This document shows positions 25,456 to 34,433 of a stretch of 35,641 nt of DNA, in pieces. A program made the position numbers and the translations under genes. The stretch is from a virus: UHGV virus genome UHGV-0194711. One strand, written 5' to 3'. Below the pieces are notes generated by a model that had not been told where the DNA came from, did not search any database, and saw only the letters and a list, made by a program, of their open reading frames with translations. Position 1 is the stretch's first letter. The number at the start of each line of letters is the position of its first letter.

Positions 25456-25685
25456 GTCCGCTTCTCCCGCCAAAAATTTAATCGTTCTTTGAAAAACTCC
25501 CGGTAGCTTTCCGGCGTCGCTGCAATCTGCTCTACGATGGCCTGTCGAGTAACTTTTTTCTCGAACAGCTGGCGTATGAGTGCCGCGGCCCGCATGTCGT
25601 AGTGCTCTTTGATCTGGCACTCCTGCGGCCATTTGGCGCGATTAAGCGGTAAGCCGGGCGGCAAGTAATCTGATTGCCCGGCCAT
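25452..25685 (-). CDS. Hypothetical protein
   Basis: 77 aa ORF in the operon frame; no motif recognised. Confidence 0.45.
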   Translation of the reverse strand: MAGQSDYLPPGLPLNRAKWPQECQIKEHYDMRAAALIRQLFEKKVTRQAIVEQIAATPESYREFFKERLNFWREKRT

Positions 25686-25688
25686 GCC

Positions 25689-26357
25689 TTATGCCCTCTT
25701 GTTCTTCGCTGACTCGATGTAATAACGGGGATCGACGCTGTTAAGCGTGAAGTGAACCACCGGCATATCGTCGTGACGGGTGATACCCACGTAATTCGAC
25801 ATGAACATGCCGAACACGCGATCGTGAAGTTCTTTAGTCGTCACCTGACAATCGGGATAGTGCTTCTGGATTAATGCCAGAATGCCCTGGTAAGAAAGCG
25901 TTTTGCCTTTCATCACGGCTACCAGTTGCTGCGCGGTGACGCTCCCGGCGTCCTGTTGTGCGTCGCTGGCCTGCAATGGGCGGATACTCTCCAGCACCAG
26001 ACGGTGACGACCAATACTGCCGACGCGCTGGCCCGTTTTTTTATCGAAATGCTCATTTGAGCCAGCAGACCAGACAGTCGCGCCTTCGCTAAGGCGAACG
26101 CTTTTTTCACCTCTGGAATAAATCACGGTGCCGATGTGGGTTTTACGCCTGCGGCCGGAAACCGTAGGGGCGATAATTTCTCGCTTAATCGGTTTTTGCG
26201 GGGTGATGCCTGGTACAGGGGCCGGACGTGGCGCCGCTACGAACACGGAACGGCTACGGGCGCGCGCACCGGCATTCATGCGCCAGAGAATAACGGGGAG
26301 CCAGTTGCAGCCATCATCCGGTTTTACTGGTTTTGGGTAATTTAAATTCGTGGTCAT
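25689..26357 (-). CDS. Hypothetical protein (Pro/Arg-rich N-terminus, globular C-terminus)
   Basis: 222 aa; preceded by conserved TIR GAGGAAAGACCAATG and a conserved junction element. Confidence 0.5.
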   Translation of the reverse strand: MTTNLNYPKPVKPDDGCNWLPVILWRMNAGARARSRSVFVAAPRPAPVPGITPQKPIKREIIAPTVSGRRRKTHIGTVIYSRGEKSVRLSEGATVWSAGSNEHFDKKTGQRVGSIGRHRLVLESIRPLQASDAQQDAGSVTAQQLVAVMKGKTLSYQGILALIQKHYPDCQVTTKELHDRVFGMFMSNYVGITRHDDMPVVHFTLNSVDPRYYIESAKNKRA

Positions 26358-26395
26358 TGGTCTTTCCTCAGTTAAATCGCGCTGGTCAGGCGCGG

Positions 26396-27784
26396 TTAAA
26401 ATGCATCGGTATTGAATTTCTCTGAGTATTTACGGGGTTGTTTCCGGGGTTTCGCGGCCTCCAGTTGGATACGTGTTTTCTCTTTGCCAACATGCTGATC
26501 CATTGACAGAAAGTGTCCGTTTTTAAATTCCTGATAAATAATTGCGCCTGCGGCGCTGAAGCGGCTTTTACCCAGGATAATTTCAGCGACGCCAGCCGCC
26601 GGGCTTTCCGGGTTGTAAACCTCATCGCGGTACAGAAACATGATGCTGTCGGCGTCCTGCTCAATGGAACCGGAATCGCGCAGGTCTGACATGACCGGGC
26701 GGCGCTGGGCCGCCGGGCGGGAATCCACGGCGCGGGAAAGCTGGCTAAGCGCGAACGTCGGCGTATGCAGGCGCATAGCCATAGTTTTTAAGTTTCGGGA
26801 TATGTGGGCGATCGCGAGGTCGTTACGCTCTGCCTTCGGTTTTTTAATCAGGCCAAGGTAATCGACAACGATCATCGCCAGATGCGGATACCGGCGCTTA
26901 TGCGTTTCGGCAACGGCGCGGATTTGCTCAATCGTCAGATCGGTAGCATCAACGATCCAGATATCGCGCCCGTTCATGGTCTCCATGGCCGCTGTAAAGC
27001 GCGCCCAGTCCTCGTCCTGCATATCGAGGGGATTACGCAGGCGTGACACTGACATGTTGCCAGAACCCGCTAGAGCGCGTTCTACGATTTGCGCAGCGGC
27101 CATTTCCATGCTGAATATCAACGCGCCACCGCCAGCAGCGGTAACACCATCGACAATCTTCAGCGCAAATTCTGTTTTTCCCATGCCCGGACGCCCAGCG
27201 ACGACAATCAAATCCTGCAGGTTGATTCCGCCGGTCGCATCGTCAAGTTCCTCGATCCCGGTTTTCAGGTTGCGAGTACCCTCTTCGCCGTCCATGCGCT
27301 TCTGCATGGTTTCCATGTACACCGGCAATAATTCGCTCATGTGTACCGGCTGCACGTCGCCAGTGTCGCCGGTCATGTCCAGCAGCTGCGCCACGGCAGT
27401 TTCGACAATCTCATCGCGCTGCTCCTGATTATTCGCCTGGCGGATACCATCAGCACCATTTTGCAGTAATTCAGCCATACGGCGGCTGCGCCACGCCTTC
27501 ACCATTTTCCCGGCGTAACCTTTCAGGTTTGGTACCGTGGCGGGCATACGCGAAATCTCTGATAAATCAGCCAGGCTACTCCCTCCCAGAGCCTCACTGA
27601 CAAACAGCATATCGATCAGACCGTTCGTCAACGCCTGTTTTTTGATTTCCGAGAAGGCGCGACGATGAAAAACAATGCTGAATGATTCTTCAGGCGTCGA
27701 TGCGATCACGTCGAAAGCGTCCGGACTTGCTCCACCGTTCAGCAGTCCAGCCAGTACACAAGATTCCAGTTCCTGCGGAGTCAT
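26396..27784 (-). CDS. DnaB-type replicative helicase (P22 gp12-like)
   Basis: GRPGMGKTEFALKIV Walker A; Walker B-like MIVVDYLGL; 462 aa; follows replication initiator with overlapping stop/start. Confidence 0.85.
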   Translation of the reverse strand: MTPQELESCVLAGLLNGGASPDAFDVIASTPEESFSIVFHRRAFSEIKKQALTNGLIDMLFVSEALGGSSLADLSEISRMPATVPNLKGYAGKMVKAWRSRRMAELLQNGADGIRQANNQEQRDEIVETAVAQLLDMTGDTGDVQPVHMSELLPVYMETMQKRMDGEEGTRNLKTGIEELDDATGGINLQDLIVVAGRPGMGKTEFALKIVDGVTAAGGGALIFSMEMAAAQIVERALAGSGNMSVSRLRNPLDMQDEDWARFTAAMETMNGRDIWIVDATDLTIEQIRAVAETHKRRYPHLAMIVVDYLGLIKKPKAERNDLAIAHISRNLKTMAMRLHTPTFALSQLSRAVDSRPAAQRRPVMSDLRDSGSIEQDADSIMFLYRDEVYNPESPAAGVAEIILGKSRFSAAGAIIYQEFKNGHFLSMDQHVGKEKTRIQLEAAKPRKQPRKYSEKFNTDAF

Positions 27785-28773
27785 AGCGATCCCTCACGAG
27801 TTTTACGCAATGTTTCAGGCTTCATCAGGTAGTCAAAGCTGGCGCGCCATCCGCCATTTTCACCAAAGTAAAAATCGGAGGCGTCAGCGCGGAATTTTTC
27901 GAAATAGCCCAGAAATGCGCCCGTGGTTTTGTTTTTCATATGGGCGGCCAGACGGGTGATCATCCGGCGGCGGTCTGTGTCCAATTCAGCAGCGGGCAGA
28001 ACATCAGCAAAAATTTCGTTGTAGCCGTTCATAACGGCTTCCGGATCAATATCGGTTTCGGTCACCGCCCATGCTTCAGCGTCAGCGAGATAACCATCAA
28101 AGCGGTTTACCCGGCAGATGTTCGCTGGCTTCGGCAGGCTATCGCCACGGCGGCGCCATGTGGCCAGCACCCAGCGGATAACTAACTGCAATTCGTCCAG
28201 TGTGTACCCTTCCCGGGTGGTGGTCGGCGTCAGCATCATCACAAACGGTTTCAGGTCACGGCAGCGGGTACCGGTTTGCTCGTTGTAAAATTCCAGCGCT
28301 TTTTGTGCATCAGAAAGAATTAACTCAACGCCTTCCTCCTCTAAGGGGTTAGGGGTATATATATTCTCTGTAGTATTCTCTGTAAGAAAGTTTGCTGGTT
28401 TTCCCCTGACTTGTTTGGTGGTTTTCCGCATTCCAGTATGTGGTTTTTCCGCATTCTTGTTTGCAGCTGCAAGCACCTGATATAAAACGTTATTATCTAC
28501 TTTGTAGAAAAGTCGCGCAGGAACGCCTTTTCTTTTTTCCAGTAGTACACCAATTGAGCGGAGTTTCTTACGCGCCCCCTCCTGCTCATAGCGGGAAAGG
28601 CCGGTTTCTTCTTCCCATTCTTCCTGAGTTTTATACACCCATCCGTCATCGTCGGACCGGTTAGTCCAGTAGGTCATTTGTGATAGAAACAGCGCAGCCG
28701 TCACACCAATATCCAGACGAATAAAACTGCGCTGGAAGGCGATCGGCCTGTCGAGTAATGGCAAAATATTCAT
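27781..28773 (-). CDS. Replication initiation protein (lambda O / P22 gp18-like replisome organiser)
   Basis: 330 aa; position immediately upstream of the DnaB-like helicase; N-terminal DNA-binding-like region. Confidence 0.6.
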   Translation of the reverse strand: MNILPLLDRPIAFQRSFIRLDIGVTAALFLSQMTYWTNRSDDDGWVYKTQEEWEEETGLSRYEQEGARKKLRSIGVLLEKRKGVPARLFYKVDNNVLYQVLAAANKNAEKPHTGMRKTTKQVRGKPANFLTENTTENIYTPNPLEEEGVELILSDAQKALEFYNEQTGTRCRDLKPFVMMLTPTTTREGYTLDELQLVIRWVLATWRRRGDSLPKPANICRVNRFDGYLADAEAWAVTETDIDPEAVMNGYNEIFADVLPAAELDTDRRRMITRLAAHMKNKTTGAFLGYFEKFRADASDFYFGENGGWRASFDYLMKPETLRKTREGSL

Positions 28774-28775
28774 AC

Positions 28776-28997
28776 TCAGATCCCCAGCGAGTCAGCCAGC
28801 TGACGGCAGGCGATTTCGTATTCTTTCTGGGTAAGTCCCGCTTCCTGCAGGTCTGCCTTGCGCAGTTCGTAGCGTTCCCAGATTGTCAGCGCAGTAGCGC
28901 GACGTTCCTCGAAAATCGATTCGATATCTTCCATCGGGACTTGTACCCCGTTCCGGCGAAACCCGTTCCGCCAGGTGATGCGGTCTTGTGTTCTCAT
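28776..28997 (-). CDS. Hypothetical small protein
   Basis: 73 aa; conserved TIR GAGGAAAGACCAATG at start. Confidence 0.45.
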   Translation of the reverse strand: MRTQDRITWRNGFRRNGVQVPMEDIESIFEERRATALTIWERYELRKADLQEAGLTQKEYEIACRQLADSLGI

Positions 28998-29017
28998 TGG
29001 TCTTTCCTCGGTACAGG

Positions 29018-29464
29018 TTAAACGCTGGTCAGGCGCTGTGTTTCTCGCATAGCTTGCAATGCTCTGGCGACTTGCTGCGGCCCGTCTCTGGCGTCGAGTA
29101 ATAACGCGATAATCGCCGCGGCAAACTCACGAATGGCCACACAAATTAAATACTGGGTGGACATACCCAAGCGCGCGTAACGTTCTGCCGGCAGCGCCGC
29201 TTCCATCGCTTTGACCAGCGCCAGAGTTTTGGCTCTCGCGGCTTTGGTCTCGCCTCGCAACCAACGAAAAATTTGTTGGCGGTTGTTGTTGATTGCCCGC
29301 CAGTCGGCGTTTCCATCTGCATCTTCGATCTGGTGCAGCTTCAGCGAACCGGTATTACCACCAAGACGAAACCACATGCGGCTTATCTCGATAGCAACCA
29401 GCTCCTGCCCGCTTTCCGCTGCCCAGTTAAAGATCTCTCGTTTAAGTTCTTCGAGGTATTCCAC
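29018..29464 (-). CDS. YdaT-like regulatory protein (Rac prophage CII-analogue family)
   Basis: Resembles E. coli Rac YdaT by memory (conserved ...QQIFRWLRGETK... block); sits directly after the Cro-like gene as in Rac. Confidence 0.5.
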   Translation of the reverse strand: MEYLEELKREIFNWAAESGQELVAIEISRMWFRLGGNTGSLKLHQIEDADGNADWRAINNNRQQIFRWLRGETKAARAKTLALVKAMEAALPAERYARLGMSTQYLICVAIREFAAAIIALLLDARDGPQQVARALQAMRETQRLTSV

Positions 29465-29526
29465 TTCGAGCGTCTCCTGTCGCTGAAAATTGATTAAGCG
29501 TAATCAGATTTCGATAACGCCTGTAG

Positions 29527-29724
29527 TTATGCTTTAGACGTGTTTTGCTCTTCGTAAAAAGTAGGGTCGTACTTCAAGGCGCCCGCGGTTACATGCTCAA
29601 GTCGCGCAGCTCGCTTTTCAGGAACAACAGTCCCCCAGCGGGTTACAGCGACTTGAGAGATACCTAATGCACGCGCAACAGCGGTTTTAGTTCCAAAAAA
29701 TCTGATAACAGTTTCGGTCTTCAT
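29527..29724 (-). CDS. Cro-like HTH regulator (YdaS-like)
   Basis: 65 aa; HTH TKTAVARALGISQVAVTRWG; divergent from repressor across an operator region. Confidence 0.7.
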   Translation of the reverse strand: MKTETVIRFFGTKTAVARALGISQVAVTRWGTVVPEKRAARLEHVTAGALKYDPTFYEEQNTSKA

Positions 29725-29792
29725 AGTTTCCTCTCCTAACGTCAGTTAGGAACATAAATACTAACGAAAGTTATGTCAAGTTAACTTATATT
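29725..29792. promoter_or_regulatory. Immunity-region divergent promoter/operator interval
   Basis: Palindromes CCTAACgtcaGTTAGG (29735-29750, overlapping the Cro RBS), CTAACgaaaGTTAT (29761-29774) and AAGTTAACTT (29779-29788) between divergent repressor and cro-like genes. Confidence 0.65.
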
Positions 29793-30206
29793 ATGGATAT
29801 GAAAAAATTGACCTTTAACGATCGCATTACATCGAGACGGAAAGAGCTTGGTTTGACACAACAGCAGCTCGCCGATGCCGTTGGCATATCTGGCGTCAGC
29901 GTTTACAAGTGGGAAGCAGGTATTAACACCCCAAAAGGGCAAAATCTGTTTTCTCTCGCTGAGGCTCTTCGTTGCTCTCCGACATGGTTACTTAACGGTA
30001 CCGATAGCGATGAACCGTTGAAGGCAGAAGAGCTTTTACCTCGGTTAGATGATCGCCAAAAGCTACTGCTTGATCTTTTTGATTCTCTACCTGAATCAGA
30101 AAAAGATAGACATATCAATGAGTTGAAAGATAAAGTTGACGGATTCCAGCGATTGTTTGATGAGTTACTTTTGGTAAAAAAGAAAAAAAACACTCCAAAA
30201 AAATAA
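29793..30206 (+). CDS. Prophage repressor, XRE-family HTH (CI/RacR-like), without S24 peptidase domain
   Basis: HTH LGLTQQQLADAVGISGVSVYKWEAG; 137 aa, too short for a LexA-like autocleavage domain; divergent from cro-like gene. Confidence 0.75.
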   Translation: MDMKKLTFNDRITSRRKELGLTQQQLADAVGISGVSVYKWEAGINTPKGQNLFSLAEALRCSPTWLLNGTDSDEPLKAEELLPRLDDRQKLLLDLFDSLPESEKDRHINELKDKVDGFQRLFDELLLVKKKKNTPKK

Positions 30207-30212
30207 ATTAAA

Positions 30213-30242
30213 GGCAATGTTTTCAATGCATTGCCTTTTTTT
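30213..30242 (+). terminator. Rho-independent terminator after the repressor gene
   Basis: GGCAATG...CATTGCC hairpin followed by TTTTTTT. Confidence 0.65.
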
Positions 30243-30255
30243 ACACCTCTAATAT

Positions 30256-30290
30256 TAACTTTTGTTAGTAAAAAACATTGCCAATAAAAA
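30256..30290 (+). promoter_or_regulatory. Candidate early-left promoter with operator-like site
   Basis: TAACttttGTTAG (operator half-sites as in 29735-29750) overlapping -35 TTGTTA (30262-30267), 17 bp spacer, -10 TAAAAA (30285-30290). Confidence 0.4.
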
Positions 30291-30457
30291 TACCTTTGGT
30301 TATGCTTCACCACATCAAAGACGCACTAACCACGCGGCAGTTGTTCAGAAACAGTTCTGACAGTCCGGAAAGACGGGCGCGAATTCTTCGGGTCGCCGAC
30401 AGTACGATGACATGCGGGAAAGACCGCAACGAATACGAATTGCTGTGTGTAGTCTTG

Positions 30458-30482
30458 GCCCGGGCGCCCCGGGCATTTTTTT
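30458..30482 (+). terminator. Strong rho-independent terminator inside the early-left leader
   Basis: GCCCGGG-cgc-CCCGGGC perfect GC stem followed by ATTTTTTT. Confidence 0.7.
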
Positions 30483-30706
30483 AAAGCATTCACGCAGTAA
30501 CGAGGAAAGACCAATGGGGCTGACCACCCTGACAGCCGGGAAAGACCGGCAACCTTCAGGCGTAAAAAAGCCCACCGAAGTGGGCTAATTTACCCGGGAC
30601 AGTGACCAAACCGCCCAGAATGCTACAGGGGACCAACCCTGTAGCGAGGAAAGACCAACGACAGAGCCGCTGATCGGCTCTGAGTATATATCATCAAGGA
30701 GTCGCT

Positions 30707-31030
30707 ATGGAAGCGCTTACCATCCCCGTAACTATTTACGTTATGGCCACAACCAAACCATATCTACCAACGTCTTATCACTCATTCACCTGTGACATGT
30801 CACAGCAATACCCTGATCTGTATGTCCTCGTTACTACCAAAACGGTAGAGGTTGCCATTCCAGCTTTAGAGCCAATCGACATTATTGGTATGCAGGTTAA
30901 TGCCCTTCGTGCGAAGAAAGAGAAAATCTCTGCCGAAGCAAAGAAGGAGCTGGGTGTTATTGAAGACCAGATTCAGCAGCTGCTGTGCATCGATCACTCT
31001 CCAATTGAAGAAAGCGACGTACCGTTTTAA
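30707..31030 (+). CDS. Hypothetical protein (first gene of early-left operon)
   Basis: 107 aa; AAGGAG RBS before ATG. Confidence 0.5.
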   Translation: MEALTIPVTIYVMATTKPYLPTSYHSFTCDMSQQYPDLYVLVTTKTVEVAIPALEPIDIIGMQVNALRAKKEKISAEAKKELGVIEDQIQQLLCIDHSPIEESDVPF

Positions 31031-31074
31031 TTAACCGGCGCGTGACCTGCGCCAGTAACCAAGAGGAAAGACCA

Positions 31075-33225
31075 ATGACCATCTACAACGGCTCATTTGA
31101 GCCAAAGAAATCGGCGATTAAAGACTGCGGCGCCGTGCAGCTGGCGATCGCCATCGATGCGCCAAACAAAAAAGTGGCCGAAAGCATTATGACCGGCAAA
31201 CTCTGGGAATCATACCCGGCCAATGGTGACAACTATTTCAAACCGAAACTGTGGGAACACGTTGAAGGCCAGCCGCTGCCGACCGTTGGCCAGTTCGATG
31301 AGTCATTCGCCCAGCAGCATACTTTTGACGGTGAAAAATGGGTTTCTACTGCGCAGGATAGCGCTTCCGGAAGTGGTGCAGGTTTACCAGCCGACGATGA
31401 AGTGATCGACCTGATGACCGTTTCCCCTGATGAACGCTTTGCTGCCGTCCTGCTTTTTAGCACCGCGGCGATTGATGGCCATCTTTATTCTCAGGTTGTG
31501 GATTATCTGGATAATCTGAAAAACCACGATGGGGAATTTGAAGAGGAAGATCGCTTTAACTTTAATGTTCTGTGCGCCCTGCAAAATAACTTCCCGGTTC
31601 AAAGCATGCATGTGGAAGGTCTGAACAATCTTATTCAGGGTATTTTCTCCCACTTTGAAAACCAGACGCCGGGCAAAGCGGCTATCTCTCAGTTCGTTAA
31701 ACGCTGGCTTGAGAATCCGGGCAAGCGCGACGAACTGGCCCCCGGCGTATATAAAAATACCGCTCTCAGCACCAGCACCGATGATAAAACACCCGTGGTA
31801 ATTTCTAAGCGCGGGTATAAACACACTTATGCAACGCTGGATCAGGAGATCGCTACCGCCCTTCTCCCGCTGGCGCCTGATGCGCCGGTACTATCCGGAA
31901 ACCTTCTGGACGCTAAGAAGATGATTTCCGATGACCGGGAAGATTTTAAACGCTGGTCAGCATCGCTGCACACCACGCCGCAGATACTCAAATACGACCG
32001 TGCCAGCATCTTCGGCGTGGTACAAAACGTACCGGCGAAAGATACCTACCATTTCCCTGACAGCCTGCGCCGCCATATCGATTCATGGCTGGCGGCCAAC
32101 GGTCGCTTTGAGGAAACCGAGACAGGATCCGTTAAACAACCAGAGGCGACGCAAAATACCGCCTCAAACGTGGGCGAAAAAGTGGAAGCGCAGCAGCCGG
32201 TTGTAACCGACACTCAGGCCAAACAGGCGCGTGAGACGCTCAATGATATGGGTTATGGCGTATATGCCTCTGGTGAAGGTGCAGAGCCGGAAGAGAAGTT
32301 AAGCGTTAAGGCTGAAAAACTGGCTGATGATTCCGAGCGTTTAGCAAAACAAATCGCTCACGCTGAAAGCCTGCCTAACGCTGAGGATGTTGTGCAGGCT
32401 GTCGGAAAACCAATTATCGGGGAAGACAATTTAGACCTCTGGAAACGCGTATTTAAAACCGACGAAAGGTTTACTAAGGCTTTCACACAGAACGGCGGTG
32501 GCACCTCGATCAACGGTACCTACATGACCATGCTTGCCACACGTGAGTTTGGCCCTAAGGGCATCGGCTGGGGCGTGGATATTGTTGAAGAGCGTTTCGA
32601 TATTGGCGCGCCGATCACTCGGCAGGTAAAAGGCAAAGACAACAACGCATCGTGGGAGCTGGTTCTTGATGGGAATGGTAATACCGTCAACGAACAGCAC
32701 CATGTTGTGACTGTCCGGCTCTGGTACATCCTGAACGGAGTACGAGGTGAGGAAACAGCATACGGCTGTACACCCTACATTTACGGTAGTAAATACGGGA
32801 TCACCTGCGACGGCGAAGCAGCCAAAAAATCACTGACAGATGCGACCAAAAAAGCGTTATCCGGCCTCGGATTCAGTGGCGATATCTTTATGGGGCTTTA
32901 CGACAATCTGGAGTACCGCCAGAAGAACAAGGCCGAGTTTGACCTGAAGAACGCCAGCGAATCAGCCGAAGATGCAGCACGGCTCCGCCAGGAGTTTGAC
33001 GATAAATTAAGCCGCGTTGCTAATACCCTGGCGCATGGCGTGACGGTGAACGAAATCAACGGTGTGTTTTCCCCTATCGCACGTGAGATCGATGTTCACA
33101 TTAAAGCCGCCCAGGCCAACGGCGACACGCAGCATGAACGTTATCTGTCTGGCCGGCTCCGCCGACTCATCTCCATCAAAGATGGGCGCATTAAAGAACT
33201 GAATAAAGCCGAGGAGAAAGCATAA
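31075..33225 (+). CDS. Large early protein with C-terminal Erf-like single-strand annealing (SSAP) domain and ~450 aa N-terminal region of unknown function
   Basis: Start at MTIYNG with conserved TIR. C-terminal segment ...YGCTPYIYGSKYGITCDGEAAKKSLTDATKKALSGLGFSGDIF resembles the Erf signature (SYARKYCLNGLFGID) by eye. Confidence 0.4.
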   Translation: MTIYNGSFEPKKSAIKDCGAVQLAIAIDAPNKKVAESIMTGKLWESYPANGDNYFKPKLWEHVEGQPLPTVGQFDESFAQQHTFDGEKWVSTAQDSASGSGAGLPADDEVIDLMTVSPDERFAAVLLFSTAAIDGHLYSQVVDYLDNLKNHDGEFEEEDRFNFNVLCALQNNFPVQSMHVEGLNNLIQGIFSHFENQTPGKAAISQFVKRWLENPGKRDELAPGVYKNTALSTSTDDKTPVVISKRGYKHTYATLDQEIATALLPLAPDAPVLSGNLLDAKKMISDDREDFKRWSASLHTTPQILKYDRASIFGVVQNVPAKDTYHFPDSLRRHIDSWLAANGRFEETETGSVKQPEATQNTASNVGEKVEAQQPVVTDTQAKQARETLNDMGYGVYASGEGAEPEEKLSVKAEKLADDSERLAKQIAHAESLPNAEDVVQAVGKPIIGEDNLDLWKRVFKTDERFTKAFTQNGGGTSINGTYMTMLATREFGPKGIGWGVDIVEERFDIGAPITRQVKGKDNNASWELVLDGNGNTVNEQHHVVTVRLWYILNGVRGEETAYGCTPYIYGSKYGITCDGEAAKKSLTDATKKALSGLGFSGDIFMGLYDNLEYRQKNKAEFDLKNASESAEDAARLRQEFDDKLSRVANTLAHGVTVNEINGVFSPIAREIDVHIKAAQANGDTQHERYLSGRLRRLISIKDGRIKELNKAEEKA

Positions 33226-33791
33226 TGACTTCCACCACTGCAATTGCTATCGCAGCCGATATGTCAAAACTCCAGGCACTACTGGAAAACGAAGACGGTG
33301 CTGGTCTGTCTCCTGAAATGATCGCCGACACAATGGAAGGTCTTGAGTTACAACTCGGCGATAAACTGGATGCCGTTTTCGTCCACGTTCGCAATCTGGA
33401 AGGCCTGGCAAAAACCTGCGATGAAGAGGCCAAACGCCTTGCCGCCCGCAAAAAATCATTCGAAGGTAAGATCACGAACCTGAAGAAATATGTTCTCCAG
33501 TGTCTACTGGCCGCCGGTCAGGATACGGTTAAAACCGCCAAAAATACCTTTACCGCACGTAAGGGAGCTATAAACGTCGTGATCGATAATGATGAATTAC
33601 TGCCGGATGAATTAGTGACAGTTCAGACGTTAGTCACTCCGGACAAGAAAGCCATCAAGGAAGCGATTGAATCAGCACAGGCAGCGGCGGCCCAGATTAC
33701 CGCTGACGGCGGAGAGATACCGGAAGAACTGTTAAACCCAGTGCCGGGCGCTCACCTTGAGATTGGCGAACGTTCGCTGCAGGTGCGCTGA
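33225..33791 (+). CDS. Gam-like / Gp157-family protein (putative host-nuclease inhibitor)
   Basis: 188 aa, N-terminal coiled coil, follows SSAP gene with stop/start overlap; weak resemblance to Mu Gam-type proteins from memory. Confidence 0.35.
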   Translation: MTSTTAIAIAADMSKLQALLENEDGAGLSPEMIADTMEGLELQLGDKLDAVFVHVRNLEGLAKTCDEEAKRLAARKKSFEGKITNLKKYVLQCLLAAGQDTVKTAKNTFTARKGAINVVIDNDELLPDELVTVQTLVTPDKKAIKEAIESAQAAAAQITADGGEIPEELLNPVPGAHLEIGERSLQVR

Positions 33792-33792
33792 T

Positions 33793-33978
33793 ATGCTGAA
33801 ACTCACACTGAAACGAGGCGACGCGCTTCACGTCGTTTTTCCGGACGGTACTAACGGGATAATCGAAGCCTGCGCGCGTTGTGAACTGGCTATGCATTTT
33901 CCGCGCAGTGCCAAAATCACCCGCGAAAATGGCGCGTTCCGGAATAAACCAAACCTGATTAAGCCTAATCAGAAATAA
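33793..33978 (+). CDS. Hypothetical small protein
   Basis: 61 aa from ATG at 33793, immediately after the upstream stop (TGAtATG). Confidence 0.4.
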   Translation: MLKLTLKRGDALHVVFPDGTNGIIEACARCELAMHFPRSAKITRENGAFRNKPNLIKPNQK

Positions 33979-34187
33979 CTCGCAACTGTCGTTAGCATTG
34001 TGATCTACCTATGAACCGGAGATCACAATGCTACGTTGGCAACCAGGCACACTTTTACTTTCAGATTTCGATATCAAAATTGGCAGGCTATCAGCCAGCG
34101 TTAGAAAGAGGACTCTGACCCAGTCCGATATCCAACGCGCTTGCGATACGGCAGACAACGCGATAGCCGGCATGCTGAGGAAAGACC

Positions 34188-34433
34188 ATGAGACACGATC
34201 ACGACATCATCACCAGAGAGGAAATGATCGAACTGACGGGGACCCCACTTAAATCGAGGCAGTGTGAAGCGCTACGTCGGGCCGGTGTCTTTTTCATGGA
34301 AAGGGCAGACGGCCATCCTAAAACGACGTGGGGCCATTTCCTGAACCCGATTAAATACCGCAACCAGCAGGAAGAGACGGTGCGGGAGGAAGAACCAGAC
34401 TTCGGAGCTATCTTTAATGGCCGGAAAACGTAA
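34188..34433 (+). CDS. DUF4224-family protein (excisionase-like, upstream of integrase)
   Basis: ITREEMIELTGTPLKSRQCEALRRAGVFF matches the DUF4224 pattern typically found next to integrases; TIR GAGGAAAGACCATG variant. Confidence 0.55.
   Translation: MRHDHDIITREEMIELTGTPLKSRQCEALRRAGVFFMERADGHPKTTWGHFLNPIKYRNQQEETVREEEPDFGAIFNGRKT

Noticed and set aside
30278-30484. 68-aa ORF in the early-left leader
   Set aside because: Begins with TTG inside the candidate promoter and ends in the terminator stem; more likely part of a regulatory RNA, though an N-like arginine-rich peptide from the internal ATG at 30302 cannot be excluded (see finding).
34028-34252. 74-aa + strand ORF upstream of the DUF4224 gene
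   Set aside because: Has a GGAG RBS, but its last ~20 codons overlap the well-supported DUF4224 start and read as an out-of-frame His/Arg-rich tail; may be a shorter or spurious gene.
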